Positions 14,991 to 36,855 of a DNA stretch of 64,000 bases are shown piece by piece. A model generated the notes under the pieces. That model searched no databases and was not told where the DNA came from. It saw nothing but the letters and a program-made list of their open reading frames with translations. Within the stretch, counting starts at the first letter, position 1, and each line of letters starts with the position of its first letter. The position numbers and the translations under genes were made by a program. This DNA is from Vicugna vicugna (Eukaryota): the NCBI GenBank assembly GCA_013265495.1, contig MU058198.1:7331779-7395778 (forward strand), read 5' to 3'.

Positions 14991-16803
14991 TTTCCATCAG
15001 AATTGTAAAAATGTCTAGTCAGTCAACAAACTAGATTTACATTTTATAAACAGTAATTCGACAGGAACATAATTCATTCATCAGACATTTTAATGAAATC
15101 CAATCTGGTACGACCTCTGCTTTGGGGTAGCCCCTCTGTCCAAGGAGAAGCAGTGACGATGCAGCTTGCTAAATACCAGAACAGAGGTAATTACAAACAC
15201 TGTGTTCCCTAGCCACACCCCAATTCTGGGGCTGATGTCAGGAGAGCTGAAGGAAGAAGTAACAGGGGTAGGATGACCCACTCAGCTGTTGGAATATGAG
15301 ATAAGTCATGTTTGGAACTTCCAGTTTGGTGCAGCTACCCAAGGCAAAGTGGTAGGCCTTGTTCATTCAATTCACTAAAGCTTTACTGAGCACCTACTCT
15401 GGAATGGGTGCCATGGAGGCAGAGCAAAGATCAAAATATGCTGCTGCCGCCACTGCCATCTGGAGCCTATGTAAGGGAGGAAGGGCATGAACACAACTCA
15501 GTGACTGTAGACTCTTCTGCTTTGTATTCAGTTACCTAACTTTCTAACCTTCTTGAATAGCCTCACCTCATTTCATGAAAAATGTTGACAGAAAACTCAT
15601 GGAAGGCCCTGTGCTAATGTCTCCTTATTCTGATGAGAATAAGGGAGGAGTGAGACCCAGTTCTCAGGAATTTTCCAGCCACTGGCTGCCTGAAACTAAT
15701 CCAGATCCACCAGATAAAGTACAACAAGCTGGTCCTGGTTTTACTGCTTCTTGCTGCTAGACCATAGCTTCCCTGCTTTTCCTTAATTTAAGATCAGTCT
15801 TCTCCCAAAGCTCACTATGCTTAAGTCCCAAGACCCATCTTGAACCATCTTTCCAAACACAGGGTGCAAAAGACTTAGCTTCACAGCATGTTTTTTTTTT
15901 TTAAAGCTTAGGTATTTAGGTGTCTGCAACCTAATAATCCTCTGGTACACTGCCACCACCCCCAAATCCAAAGCAGTATAGAACTGTTAAAACAAAGACA
16001 GACCTTGGAGGTATATGGTGTACAGTATGATGCTGGCTTATTTTGTATAACCCTTTAAAAGGGACATTGAAAAACCAGCCCTTGTTTGGGGAGAGATTTT
16101 GTGTGGGAACTGAAACCCTGTCTTTAAGGAATGATTCACCAAATTAATGTTATTTGACCTGAAAACCTGGGGGCAAAGTATTTGTGGTTAAGTTTTCTGA
16201 AGGACTGCCATATAGATTTAGCTTTAAATATATTCTGGGCGAGGCTTCCAGGGAAGGAGAATGTGGTATTTAAGGGCCTTCTAACGATCAGAGCTATCCC
16301 ACAATGAGATGACCTGCCTTGTGAGGTAGTGAGCTCCCTGTCAAGGGGGATTTTTAAAGCAAGGGTAGAAGACCGCGTGGCAGGAATATTGTAAAAAGTT
16401 GAAACCTGGTATGGAAGAGGAGTCACAGGAGGGGAAGAGCCTGCTCCCATGAACAGGGATCCTCCTGACTGCCTGCGAGGGGGCAGGTAATCCCTGTGTG
16501 CACAGACTAGAAAAGCACATGGCCCCTAAACTCAATGAGAACTTTTAGCCCGATATCCACACAGAAGTTCTTTTAGGGCAGGGTAGCTTGGAAAACTTTA
16601 ACCAAATGATGTCACCTCTCTTATTGGGGCTGTCTGTTTTAAACACACATATTAAGGCGTCCAGTGTGATAGCATATACCGACGGTAAGCTGAGTAGCAA
16701 GAGACCTGGGTCTTGGTTCTGACTCTGCCCGGGATGAAGGGGGCTCCTTCCCCTTTCTGCGCCCCTCCATGAAATGAAATGAACCTATCCAACCCTTTCC
16801 ATT

Positions 16804-20400
<3,597 letters not shown>

Positions 20401-20627
20401 TCCTGGCTTTCTCAGAGGAGCCTTCGCTTCCGATAGTGGGTAACTTCCTTGTTGCCCTTTGGGGAAGGGAATTAACGTTAGTGTTTCTTGTGCGCAGGCA
20501 CCATGCCCAACATATTACACATTTCTCATTTATTTTTTGCTACCGTTGTGTGAAGTGATGATTATCATCCTGGTTCTCCTGATGAGGAAAATCTCAGAGG
20601 GGTACTGCTAAGAAGGAACAAAGGTTT

Positions 20628-21103
20628 TGGCGACTAAAGAAAAATGCACAATCTAAAAGTTTCTAGTTAAGTTTTATTCCGGGACCTTACTGAGAACTGC
20701 AGCCTCTCATTTAGCTCTGAGGAACTGTACCAAAGAGGTAAGGGAGGAGCCAGGATATATAGCAGTTTTTGCTGGGGGGCGGAGGGAGGCAGACATGAAA
20801 CGATTACTGTTAATCTCACACACACAGACACCTCAAGTTAATGATTTTAGTGCTTTTATATGTATGGGTAGGTGCAGGAGTCTGAGCTCATTGAAATTGT
20901 TCTTTAGATATGCAACTTAACTATCTAGCCAGTAACTGGAGCACAGAATGTTTCCTGTATTTTCCCATCCTGAATTTTCATGGCACACCCTTGGTTGGGG
21001 TCTGGAAAGAGGTTGCGGAGGCAGGGCGGCTGCAGTGGCTGATGGCTTGATGGTGGGCAACTTCGTCGTTTACCGGAATGGCAGGCAACATTCCCTTTCT
21101 ACA
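20628..21103 (-). mobile_element. ERV1 LTR, MER41-like laurasiatherian family (3' LTR)
   Basis: TG...CA ends on the - strand; AATAAA (ttttatt ~20673); TATA-like ~20755; recognisable text aaaaatgcacaatctaaaag...agctctgaggaactg...gaggtaagggaggagccagg. Family name is from memory. Confidence 0.7.
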
Positions 21104-21444
21104 GGGCTTCCTCATGGTCATAAATTCGACCAAGGTTTGGGAGGCATTTCATGAACAATTTGTCCCATGGCACTAGGAATTTTCACTCCTAGGTCAGAGG
21201 AGGATTTTGTTGCTAGGCCACCCAATATGCTATTTTTGGATTAAAATTCTCTGCATCATCTGTCTTAGTCTATTATGATCCAGAAAATGTCCCTTGTTGC
21301 TTCTTCCAATACCTAGAGTCACACTATTACAATTATTTTATATAGAGTTATATATATGATCAATTGCCATAAAGATGTTTAGCCACCATTTTGTTGGAGC
21401 ATGATGTGCTGGCTACACATTGGGTAATGAAAGAGGCAATAATC

Positions 21445-21484
21445 TTTTTTTTTTTTTTAGTATATGTGCTGCCGAAGCGAGCAC
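21445..21484 (-). pseudogene. 3'-truncated U6 snRNA retrocopy with A-tail and target-site duplication
   Basis: Reverse complement reads GTGCTCGCTTCGGCAGCACATATACT + A14, the 5' end of U6; flanked by TGAAAGAGGCAATAATC(TTTT) at 21428 and 21494. Confidence 0.93.
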
Positions 21485-21601
21485 AGTTTTTTCTGAAAGA
21501 GGCAATAATCTTTTAAAATACACAGCATGTAAGTAATATAGCTAGTAACATTAATACAGTCATAGTACAGCAGAGAGGGGCACAAAGCATAAACAATTTG
21601 A

Positions 21602-21724
21602 TTTTTTGTGGGGGAGGAGTAATTAGGCTGATTTATTTATTTTTAAAGGAGGTGCTGGGGATTGAACCCAGGACCTCATGCATGCTAAATACGAACTCTA
21701 CCACTGAGCTATACACTTACCCCT
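21602..21724 (-). mobile_element. tRNA-derived SINE (camelid Vic-1 type)
   Basis: A box/B box head TATAGCTCAGTGGTAGAG...GGTTCAATCCCC; 13-bp TSD ataaacaatttga at 21589 and 21725. Confidence 0.85.
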
Positions 21725-24346
21725 ATAAACAATTTGAAAACAACAAAAAGAGAACAAATTAAAACAATAGTTAGTATAATTAGTTGTAATCTGGTCACAC
21801 GAAGCCCTCAAGTCCAGAGAGGAGCCAGCTAGAGAAGTCAAATTCTGGAGGGTTGAGGTAGAGAGGGAAAAAAATGTTTCATCTTCCTTTACTAAGATAT
21901 ACTCTATCAACTTTTTATGGGTCATGGTTAGCATAAGAGGAAAGATTTTCTGGAAAACAAAGATTAAAAGCCAGCAATATTTTAGACAAAAAATCGTACA
22001 ATTATAAATCACATTGCTCAGTTCATTCAGTCCCATGTAATTAATTCCTGTGGATCTAGATGAAGCCATCGGGTTTCCTGTTTTTGTAATTTTTTACCCA
22101 GTTCAGTAGTATGATCTAAAAGTCTTCAAAAATCTTCCTTGACAAAAGTGCTCTCTATGAAACTTCTTGAAGATCTTCATTTTATAAAGGCATCAGAGTA
22201 AAACAATCTCTGTCTATATTTGACAAAAGACTTAAAATGGCATGGTTAAAGATCTGATTACAATGCACTTGACAAGAAACTTGGTTATTTCTGTGACATA
22301 AAGTATTTTAAAATAATAACTACAACTATGACTGATAACATTATACCAGCACATATCAGGTTTTTAAAGATTCCATATAACTTTTAGAATATCTATATTA
22401 ATGACATTTACCCATACAATATCACCTAAGAAGGTTTATCACCACTTATCTGACAATGTTTCTCATGTAGTTTAATGTACCAAGTAAATCTAATTAATAT
22501 TTCTCTTTAGGGTGTTTCAGGGACCCTTTGAAGCACCCCAAAATTAGCTAGAGGTCAAAAGAACTTTATTTAGAATTTGACTTGGGGAAAGTTGTCAAAG
22601 ATACCAGGTTTTAAAACACTTGGTGAAATAGGATCATAGGGCACTGAAATAATACTCATTCAAGCAGGATGATAATAAAAGGTTTTAAAAGCAAATACAG
22701 AAAGTTACAGCAGACTACTTAAAAGGAGGTAAAGAAACTTTACAATCTGTTATCAAAATCAGATCAATATTTATTTACTCAGTTAATTTTGAATCTTAGC
22801 CAGTCTTGACCATGCACAAAATTCTTCTCAGGGTTTTCCCACAAACATTCCATAACTTTCTTTTTTATTTTTTTAGATTTTTGTCTTATACTTTTTCTTT
22901 CTTTCTAGGACAAAAATTACTTCTTTTTCCCTTGATAAATGCATTTTCCATTCCTTGTACCTTTTTCCTTTCATACAAAGATATTTTCCTTATTAATTTT
23001 AATAGTTTTAATGACATTAATCAGAATTCTTAACTTTTAAAAACTTTAATTTCTACTGAAAACTAACAAGTATGCAGTTATGAACTATCTTTTACATTAG
23101 CATTCTGTAGATTTGGAAACATTTTTTATGATTTGTAAAAACATGCTTTATTATAGAAAAATTTTCAGTGCAGCACCAAAAATTTTTATTAATAGACCTA
23201 AATAGTTTAGTTTCTCTAGAAAAGAAAGCCTATGTTTAGGGATTAATGTTTCAGTATCTTTGGGAGCAATCTAGACATTTAATAAATTTCCATCTTTTAA
23301 CTTAGCAAAACTCTAAAGTTAAAGTTACACAAAATCTGGAGAATTATTTTTAAATAGACATACCATAAAACATAATAATTTTTAAAGAGTTCACCTAAAA
23401 GCTCTTACTCTATTTATATCTATTGAATTACAATTATGTTTAGATTACCTGTGAAAACATGAGACATCAGACCAAGTTAGCCATCATCCCAAACTATTTT
23501 TCTTGCTGATAATTTTTATACCAGAGAAAATACGACTTTATCTGACTTTTAGTTAACCCGGATGCAATAAAAGTAAGACATGTCTATATTAATCAAACCA
23601 ACAAACTTAACCTTTAATGCTGAATATTATTTCCTAGATCATGTGAACTTGAAATTAATTTGGGTTAGTTTCTATTTAAAAATCTCTGATTTGTAAGTGC
23701 TTACTTTCAAGTCAATTAAATAGAGCTCTTTTATAAATTTAATTGTGATAATACTATCCAGAGGTAAAGACATATCATATGTATAATGTACACAACAGAC
23801 ATTCCTTAAAATAACCCCTTGAGGCTGATCATTTCTTTCCAAATGATGGCGCTCAAGCTCAGTCCAGTAAGACTCATCAATGTTAACACCGCTAAGTTAA
23901 GGAACCAGCAATAGAAGAACTCAGTAGGGTGCAACTGCTCCCTCATTTCTCATTTTTCGTGGATCCTCATCCTCTCCTTTGACTCCTTTTCTACTGCCTT
24001 TGATATTATTGGTCTATAGTTGCTTGATTGCCAGTGGACTGCATCTATTTTCCTCACCTATCCCACCTAGGACACATTTGTGTGCACATGCACACACAAA
24101 TCCACTCTGACCAGGCTTTTGTCCCACTGTTCGGCTAAAAAAAATTCTCCAAGTCCTGCCAACCTCCTCGTTAAACCACTCTGCCACTTTCTTCCATTGG
24201 CTTCTGAATCCCTTTTTGTTTTGCTGGTTTTGTATTTTGGTTCTTCTTTCTGTCTTCTTTATTACATTCCGCATTTTTAAAGTACATTTTCCTAAGGTTC
24301 AGGCGTCCAACTTATTTCCCTTGGTTTTGATTGTCATCCTCTAGGC

Positions 24347-24607
24347 CAGTGATCCCGAACTGGGCCGGGGGTGATGCCTCCTTCCCCTGGGGACGTTCAG
24401 TAATGTCTACAGGCATTTTTTAGTTGTCAAGAGTTAGGGTAAGGGGAGGGAGGGTCCCAGGGAAGGGACGTTTGTGCGCTACTGACATCTAGTGGGTAGA
24501 GGCTAGCAATGCTTCCACGGAACATCCTACAAGGCACAGGACAGCCCCTCACAACAAAGAATTCTCTGGCTCGAAATATTAATAGTGTTGTGGTTGAGAA
24601 ATCTTCC
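24347..24607. mobile_element. MER20 hAT-Charlie DNA transposon
   Basis: gacatctagtgggtagaggctag...catcctacaaggcacaggacagcccctcacaacaaagaatt...gttgagaaa. Confidence 0.85.
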
Positions 24608-24859
24608 TCTAGGTCTGGATGTGTAACTGGCTGCTGAATATTTTCACATGGTGGTTGAGCCAAGAGTTTGTTACTTTCTCTAGATATTTTAGTTGAATAT
24701 TCGACTACATTTCACTCCTGTTACTAGCATATCAGACCTGATATCCCATTACCTAAATCCTTCCTGCTCATGGCTTTTCCCTGCCAGTTCCGAGGCTATT
24801 ATGTCCTGGTAGCTTAGGATAAATCTGTGAAAAAACAGGCGAAGTTCCTCTTACATTCC

Positions 24860-25287
24860 ATACTACTCAGCCATAAAAAAGAATGAATCATGCCATTTTC
24901 AGCAGCATAGATGGACCTAGAGATAATCATACTGAGTGAGGTAAGTCAGAAAGAGAAAAACAAATACCATATGATATCACTTATATGTGGAATCTAAAAT
25001 ATGACACAAATGAGCTTGTTTATGAAACAGACTCACAGATATAAAAAACTTATGGTTACCAAAGGGAAAAGGGGGGGTGGGGACGGATAAATCAGGAGTT
25101 TGGAATTAGCAGATACAAACTACTATATATAAGATAGTAAACAACAAGATCCTACTGTATAGCACAGGGAACTTTATTCAATATCCTGTAATAATGGAAA
25201 AGAATATATGTATATATGTATAGCTGAATCACCTTGCTGTACACCAGAAATTAACATTGTAAATCAACTATACCTCAGTTTTTAAAA
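24860..25287 (+). mobile_element. L1 3' end (ORF2 C-terminus + 3'UTR, artiodactyl-type)
   Basis: tactactcagccataaaaaagaatgaa...tatcacttatatgtggaatctaaaa...tgtacaccagaaattaacattgtaaatcaactatac. Confidence 0.9.
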
Positions 25288-25439
25288 ATCTGTATTAGCT
25301 TAAAACAGGACATTTACAGTTATGAGTGAAAAAAAAAGCTTGCATTCCAAAGCGGGAGAATGGACAGTTTTTTTTAATTGAAGTAGTCAGTTACAATGTG
25401 TCAATTTCTGAGAGAATGAACAATTTCTAATAAATACAG

Positions 25440-25940
25440 ATAAGGGATCCTTCCATTTAACAGATGGACCCAGAGATATCAATTTTCTTGCTCAGTACCA
25501 GACAGTCCTGTTCAGTGAAAAGCTGTCCCTTGCCTTCCGCCATTTTCAAAATGCCCCATGGACATTCATGTAGGTGAAAACAGGTTTGTAATTATCTGAT
25601 TACAGAACCTGAATTTATTGTATATACAAGCACAAACCTACAAGTACAGTTTTAATCCTGAGTTTTTCAGAAAGTCCTGTATAAATTGAGGGAAGATTGT
25701 ATTTTGTTGTTTGGAACTTTGCTAAGAATTGTTGGCCATTTTGGAAAATCATCGCACAGAAGGGCCACAATTGAATTTGAATGAATACAACCCATCTTGA
25801 CAGCCTGAGTATGTAGCTGCCATATTCATAGAAATCCTATATGAAGGTGCAAGCATATTTCCATATACTGCTTCACTAAATCCTTCAGCAAAGCCCTACC
25901 CAAGCATTTACCTATTGAGATATACGTTATCTTTTAAAAT
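25440..25940. mobile_element. hAT-Charlie-like DNA transposon fragment
   Basis: gtaggtgaaaacaggtttgtaattatctga...cccaagcatttacctattga resembles Charlie internal sequence; subfamily not determined. Confidence 0.45.
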
Positions 25941-27194
25941 TTAAAGAATCTAATACACAAGAGTGCACAAATCTTAAGTGTAAGCTCAATGAATTTTCAT
26001 AAAGTGAATACACCCACGCAACCAGTACCCAGATCTAGAAACCAAAACATTTCCAACACCCTAGACTCACTCATACATCCTCCAGTCACTACCCTTCCCA
26101 GAGATAACCACTAATCCAATTTCTAACATGATAGAGTAGTTGTGCCTCTTTTTGAGTGTAATAAAAATGGAATCAGTATATATATAAACACTTTTTTATA
26201 CCTGACTCCTTTTGCTTCTAAAATTCATTCAGATTGTTGGCTGTAGTAATTTTTATTCTAAGTTATGTAGAGGATACCTACCTATTTTTAAATCAGTGAC
26301 TTTATTTGTCCTTTAAATTATAGTAAGGGTTATACTGATTTTCAAAAAGTAGGACTATAGAGGGTTTATTTCTCTACTCGTGTATTTCATCATAGTAAGA
26401 GGAGCATTCAGCATATTCTAAAAGGCATGCATTAGTTCTAAGAGGCTGACACCCCGATTATTTGCAGCCTCCTGAGTTTTGCCCTCTGGTCCTTTGCACG
26501 GTTGTGATGACCCCTGCACAGTTTCCCCCCCAACCCTTTTCCTTCAGTTCTCAGATGACTCATTATTGTCTCTGAGACGTCTTCTCTGGCTCTGTTTACA
26601 TGCTCTTTTGGGAACCTGTATATAAACTGAGTTGAGCATTTATCTCGCTACACACCAACCTGTTTACTTGTCTCTCTACAGACGAGGACGCACACTGTTT
26701 GGCTCACCATAGCCTTTTTTTGTGTCTGGCATGAGGTTGAAGTTCAAAAAATGTGTTGAACAAATAAATAGACACATCATCCCATATTTAGAGCCTTCTT
26801 GATCACCCAGGGCCCTTGCCTCCCAGGTATAGGCCTCTTTCTCTGGGGGAAAGTCATAGCTGGGTGGATCTGTTTTCTGTGTATGTCAGGGACCTCCCTT
26901 CCCAGCACTGCCACTGATACTACTGTCTCTGCCTTCCCCGCCTATAACATCAGGTACAGTCATTTCCAGAATCCTCTACCTGGACTTGTTCTCTGAGTGC
27001 TATCTGGATCTGGCCTCCATCTGAAATCAGAGGATGCCAGGAATTACCTTTAGACAACGTGGCAGCTACTCAGCCCAACTTCTTCCACTTCAGTCGAGCC
27101 AGCTGTCCTCACACACACTGTCTGCTCTCATTTTTTATTTTTTTCTCAGGTGTGATGGGAGCATTCAAAATGCATTTAAGAAATATGTCTTCAA

Positions 27195-27915
27195 TTTTTT
27201 TTTAATTGAAGTGTACTTGATTTACAATATTGTGTTAGTGTCTGATGTACAGCAAAGTTATTTGGTTGTTCATGTACTTTTTTTCCTATTCTTTTCCATT
27301 ATGGTTCATTACAGAATATTGAATATAGTTCCCTGTGCTATATAGTAGGGTCTTGTTGTTTATCTATTTTATATACTTTAGTTTGTATCTGCTAATTCCA
27401 AACTTCCAATTTATACCTCTCCCATCCCTTTCCTCTTTGGTAACTGTAAGTTTGTTTTCTATGTCTATGAGTCTTTCTGTTTCATAAGCAAGTTCATTTA
27501 TGTCATATTTTAGATTCCACATGTAAATGATATCATACGGTATTTGTTTTTCTCTTTCTGACTTACTTCACTTAGAATGATCATCTCTAGGTTCATTTGT
27601 GTTGCTGCAAATGGCATTATTTTATTCTTTTCTATGACTGAATAGTATTCCAGTGTATGTGTGTGTATGTATATATATCTTCTTTATCCACATCTTCTTT
27701 ATCCAGTCATCTGTCGACAGACATAGGTTACTTCCATGTCTTGCCTTTTGTAAATAGTGCTGCTATGAACACTAGGGTGCATGTATCTTTCCGAATGAGA
27801 GTTTTCTCTGCATATATGCCCAAGAGTGGGATTGCTGGATCATATAGTAACTGTACTTTTAGTTTTGTAAGGAACCTCCATACTGTTTTCCATAGTGGCT
27901 GTACCAATTTACATG
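27195..27915 (-). mobile_element. L1 3' end
   Basis: Poly-T start, then tagattccacatgtaaatgatatcatacggtatttg...agtgggattgctggatcatatagt...ggaacctccatactgtt. Confidence 0.9.
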
Positions 27916-28044
27916 CAATGAAGATTTTAAACCTTTCTCAAAAATGGCCTACTGTCTGAAATAACTGCATGCTAACTGCAATAGGAACTTTTGAGATTCA
28001 GATTTAGCACTTTAGTGGTAAAACACTAGTATTTTTGTTGATGA

Positions 28045-29191
28045 TGGTATAAGTCTGAGTCCAGTTGAGAGAAACCACATAGCAATTTGAACACGGAGAA
28101 ATTTATGTAAAAGAATTATCAACTATAAAAGGGAATTGGAGAAAGAAGGGATTGGGTTGTGTATTAGTATCCTAGGGCCACCACGGCAAATTACCACAAA
28201 CTTAGTGCATTAGGACAATACAAATCTATGCTTTCATAGTTCTGGAGACTAGAAATCTGAAAGCAAGGCATCAGCAGGACCACACTCCCTTCGAGACCCT
28301 AGGTAGAATCTTTTCTTGCCTCTCCTAGCTTCTGGTGGTTGCTGGAAACCTCTGGCATTCGTTGGTTTGTAGATGCATCACGCTAATCTCTGCCTTTGTG
28401 GCTACAAGGCATTCTTCCTGTGTGTTTCCCTGTGTGTCAGCACATTGCCTCCTTTCCATGTGTCTGGGTCCAAATTTCCTTCTTACAAGGACACCAGTCA
28501 CTGGATTGGGGCCCACCTGAATCCAGCATGACCTCATTGATTATATCTGCAAAGACTGTTTCCAAATAAGGTCGCAGTCACCAGAACTAGGGGTTAGGAC
28601 TTGAGCACATCTTTTAGAGGGACACAATTCTGCCCACTACAGATAGTCAGAAGTAAATTCTAAAGTTTGCAGGAATCACAGATACAGGAGCAGCCACTAG
28701 CCCTCAGCTGGAGATACAGCACCCAAGAAAGAACCTCTGCCTGTGCCCCCCAGGGGGGTTGAGTTCCAGGACTTTTTGGAGAGAACACAGAAGTCAGTGG
28801 AGTACCACTTTGGTGGAGCTTGCTAGAAATCCATCCCCTGGAACTTGCTGGAAATCTTCCCTCTAAGGTGCCAGGGGAAACTGTTCATGGTAAGGTGTCT
28901 CACCAGAGGCACTGCCCTACAAAACTGTCCAAGGGGTGTACCAGGGAGAGCTGCTGGCCACTGGGTGTTGCTGGCCACTATGCAGCACAGCGGCCTGCCA
29001 ACAGGCTGCATGGAAACCAGGAAGCAAAACCCTTTCTTCCTGCAATCTCTCCGCAGCTCTCTACTGACAAACCTTAATACAATTCTAGCTGGCAAAGAAA
29101 AAAAATATTTAAAGGGCCCAGATCTGTTTTCACAGAGCAGGCAAAAAGAATGAATTTTTTTCTGAGAGGTAATAAACTAATAACTGGCACA
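28045..29191 (-). mobile_element. Old ERVL-type LTR (LTR33-like), split by the MLT1 insertion
   Basis: Ends ...ctggcaaagaaaaaaatatttaaagggccc...taataactggcaca; both flanks of the MLT1 look like one LTR. Confidence 0.5.
28160..28641 (-). mobile_element. MaLR solo LTR (MLT1B/C-like)
   Basis: tgtattagtatcctagggcc...aattaccacaaactt...ttctggagactagaaatctgaa...ggacacaattctgcccactaca. Confidence 0.85.
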
Positions 29192-30199
29192 GTGACATAC
29201 CACTGTTTCAGATATTAATAGGCAGCTCCCTTCACCCTTCTTGGCTCTCTCTCCAGTCCTCCCAACCTTCTCCCGTCCCTTGACATCCTCACCATAAAGC
29301 CTATCACTTTACCATTTGGTTCCTCCAAACTTGACACCTGCCTATCCTACTCCACCTCAGAAAGGACAAAGATAGAAGTGGTGGCAGGTGGTTCTCTTAG
29401 ACTGGGGAAGAGAAGGAGTTAGACCATGGGCAGGACTAGCTTCTTCAGATAAATAGTAATTCTACCCAGTAGCTCAAGTAGCTGACCTCAGTGGAAGAGC
29501 CCCACCCTAGAGGTGGTCTTGAAGGCTCCTCACCAGGGCAATTAAATAGGGCAGGAATGTGCTGGCATCTGGCTGGACTAAGTACTTCAAAGTGGAGGAG
29601 GCTGAGGCTCAGGGAAGTGGCAGAGTCAATGGCAATCTTGTATACAGGGATAGAAACTCCAGACTCCCAGGATCAGGCACTTGTCTGTTCCCACAGCATG
29701 GCACACAGGCATTGAAATTTTGTGAATGGCTGATGTGAACCAGAGCGGCAACCCAAACCCGAGACTTCTTATCACTTCTCAGGGTTGGTTCTTGGCAAAG
29801 GATTATAACGGACCACGCCTCCCATCTCAATACCCTGAAGCCAGAAACCAATCCAGTCCACCATGGTGAATCTAGATCTCAGACTAGAGGCTTCTGCAGA
29901 GAAAGATACTGAGCAGAGCAGCTGGCTTGAGGACCAGAAGGTATAGGGCACTCTGAAAAAGAGGCAGTTTTTAATCATCCTCTTTTTACCTATAGCCTGA
30001 GACTTAAGTTACTTATCAGGCACATTCAGATGTGCCTTTTCACTTGATCTCAGTCTATTTTGAGAAAGGCATGACAGGGTTTACCATTCCCATTTTACAG
30101 ATAAGATCAATAAGGCCAGGAACAGTTAAGCAGGTGAGAGACCCAGAGTCTAAAGGGGTCTGGAGTTTCTGAAGAATAAATACACTAATGTGCCAATTA

Positions 30200-31577
30200 C
30201 ATCACCTGCCCCACTGGAGGCTGTGCGGGGCCTCTTGCTACTGGATCAGCATACATTGGCCGTGTCCTGGGATGTGTATGCAGGTGGTGGGTAAGGTAAG
30301 AGTTGCTGAAATGGTAGTCACAAAGAGGGCAGAGGCAAGACCATGAGGGCATAAGTGCTCGTCATTGCTGGTCTGGGCTGAGGGCCAAGACACCACAGTC
30401 TATCCTACTCTATTTGATGAACGTCAGTGCCCCCAGCTTGGGTCATAGGGCTGGGTCCTTTCTGCCAGATTCTGGGCCAGGCCCTTTCTTTAGGTTACCT
30501 CCTTTACCCTGGGCACTGATTTCTTCAGGAGACTTAGAGAATCAAAACTGATCAGGCAAGCGCTGCCTTTGAAAGCTTTTCATTGCCCTGGGGTCTGGGA
30601 AACACTTGTGTGTTTAAGCAGGAAAGTGAGAGCCTACAGGGGGCCTCAACTCACAAAAGTTGAGAGGGATCTCCCAGCATTCACAATTGGAAGCATCATC
30701 AACAGGGAACATCCTCAGGTGCCGGTAGCCAGCCCTGATCCAGGGGGAGGGAGAACACCACTTGCTCCAAGAGCTGCTGCCTGCTCACACCAGAAGTTTC
30801 ATGGATTTCCAGAGGACCCAGCAGGCCTTGTACCACAAAGGAAGTCGCTGTAGTCCTTACAGACCTATCTGGATGAATCTTTGGTTACAGAGGTGGGGAG
30901 TCTTCACTTTCCATGCCAACTCTTACCCCTGCTGCTCTTTCCATATTATCCTTTCTGTGTCATTACTCTTATCACTCAGTCCCATAAGATAATTATGCTG
31001 GGCTGGCTAAGTCGCTCTGCAACTTCATTTCAGACCCAGTCTTCTAGGCTTCAGGCTCTCCTGTTCTAACAAGAAAATAAGTACTAGTTTGGACCAGGGA
31101 ATCCTGGGGAAGGAGAACTAGTGGAGGCATGGGCTTTGGTTAGGCGTTGAGGGCACCTTCGCAGTGCAAGAAGCCAGTACATGTCCACTACCTTCCAACA
31201 AACAGCAGGCTCCTGTTATAAAAGTTCCATGATGCAGCCCCTCTAAACAGCGGTATTTCATCCCCGATCCCTTACGACTTAAGACTATTTACACACCCCA
31301 TCAGCCAGGCCCCTCTTGAAAGAAGGCTCACGGGAGCCTGGAACAGAGAGGAAGGCGGCCGGACCCCACAGAACACGCCAAGGCGGTTAGTGGCCTCCAG
31401 CACTGACGCCTCTATACTGAACCAACCCTCTTCGCGGGACGCAGAAACCTCTGCTCCAGGAAGAGGTGCACAATACTCGGGTGAAGTGAAGGTCAATGCC
31501 TCGACCTTCTCCCCACTGTGGTTCAGCCCAGTCTTTCCAGGACACTGCACGAGCAAAGGAGCCGAAGGCGGCACCAG
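30200..31577 (-). pseudogene. Highly decayed KRAB-ZNF paralog head-to-head with PRR14. Exon 1 relic 31370-31577, exon 2 relic ~30990-31103, degenerate C2H2 finger 30272-30331
   Basis: CTG GTG CCG CCT TCG GCT aligns with ZNF689 ATG GCG CCG CCT TCG GCT. VLEATNRLGVF|GTGGG aligns with [17 protein letters not shown]. Acceptor ctccttccccag|GATTCCCTGGTCC aligns with ZNF688/689 exon 2 (frameshifted). CPLCDYHFSNSYLTHHLHTH is a finger missing one residue. Confidence 0.75.
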
Positions 31578-31699
31578 TCCTAGTCTCTGGCCCCTGCCAA
31601 ACCCTCCCCTGCAACACAGGAGCCGAGGTTGGTACTGGAACCGGCCTCAATGGGGCCTCTCTAGGAAACAGGGAATTTCACATATCGTTAGCACTCAGT

Positions 31700-36855
<5,156 letters not shown>

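Larger units (their letters stand above)
21104..23800 (-). mobile_element. Non-autonomous ERV1 (MER4-group-like) internal sequence abutting the LTR
   Basis: Purine-rich segment directly before the LTR TG on the - strand; AT-rich internal text with no intact gag/pol ORF; interrupted by a U6 retrocopy and a SINE. Right boundary approximate. Confidence 0.55.

Noticed and set aside
21445..21484. Functional U6 snRNA gene
   Set aside because: Only the first ~26-30 nt are present, with an A-tail and TSDs; no upstream PSE/TATA evident.
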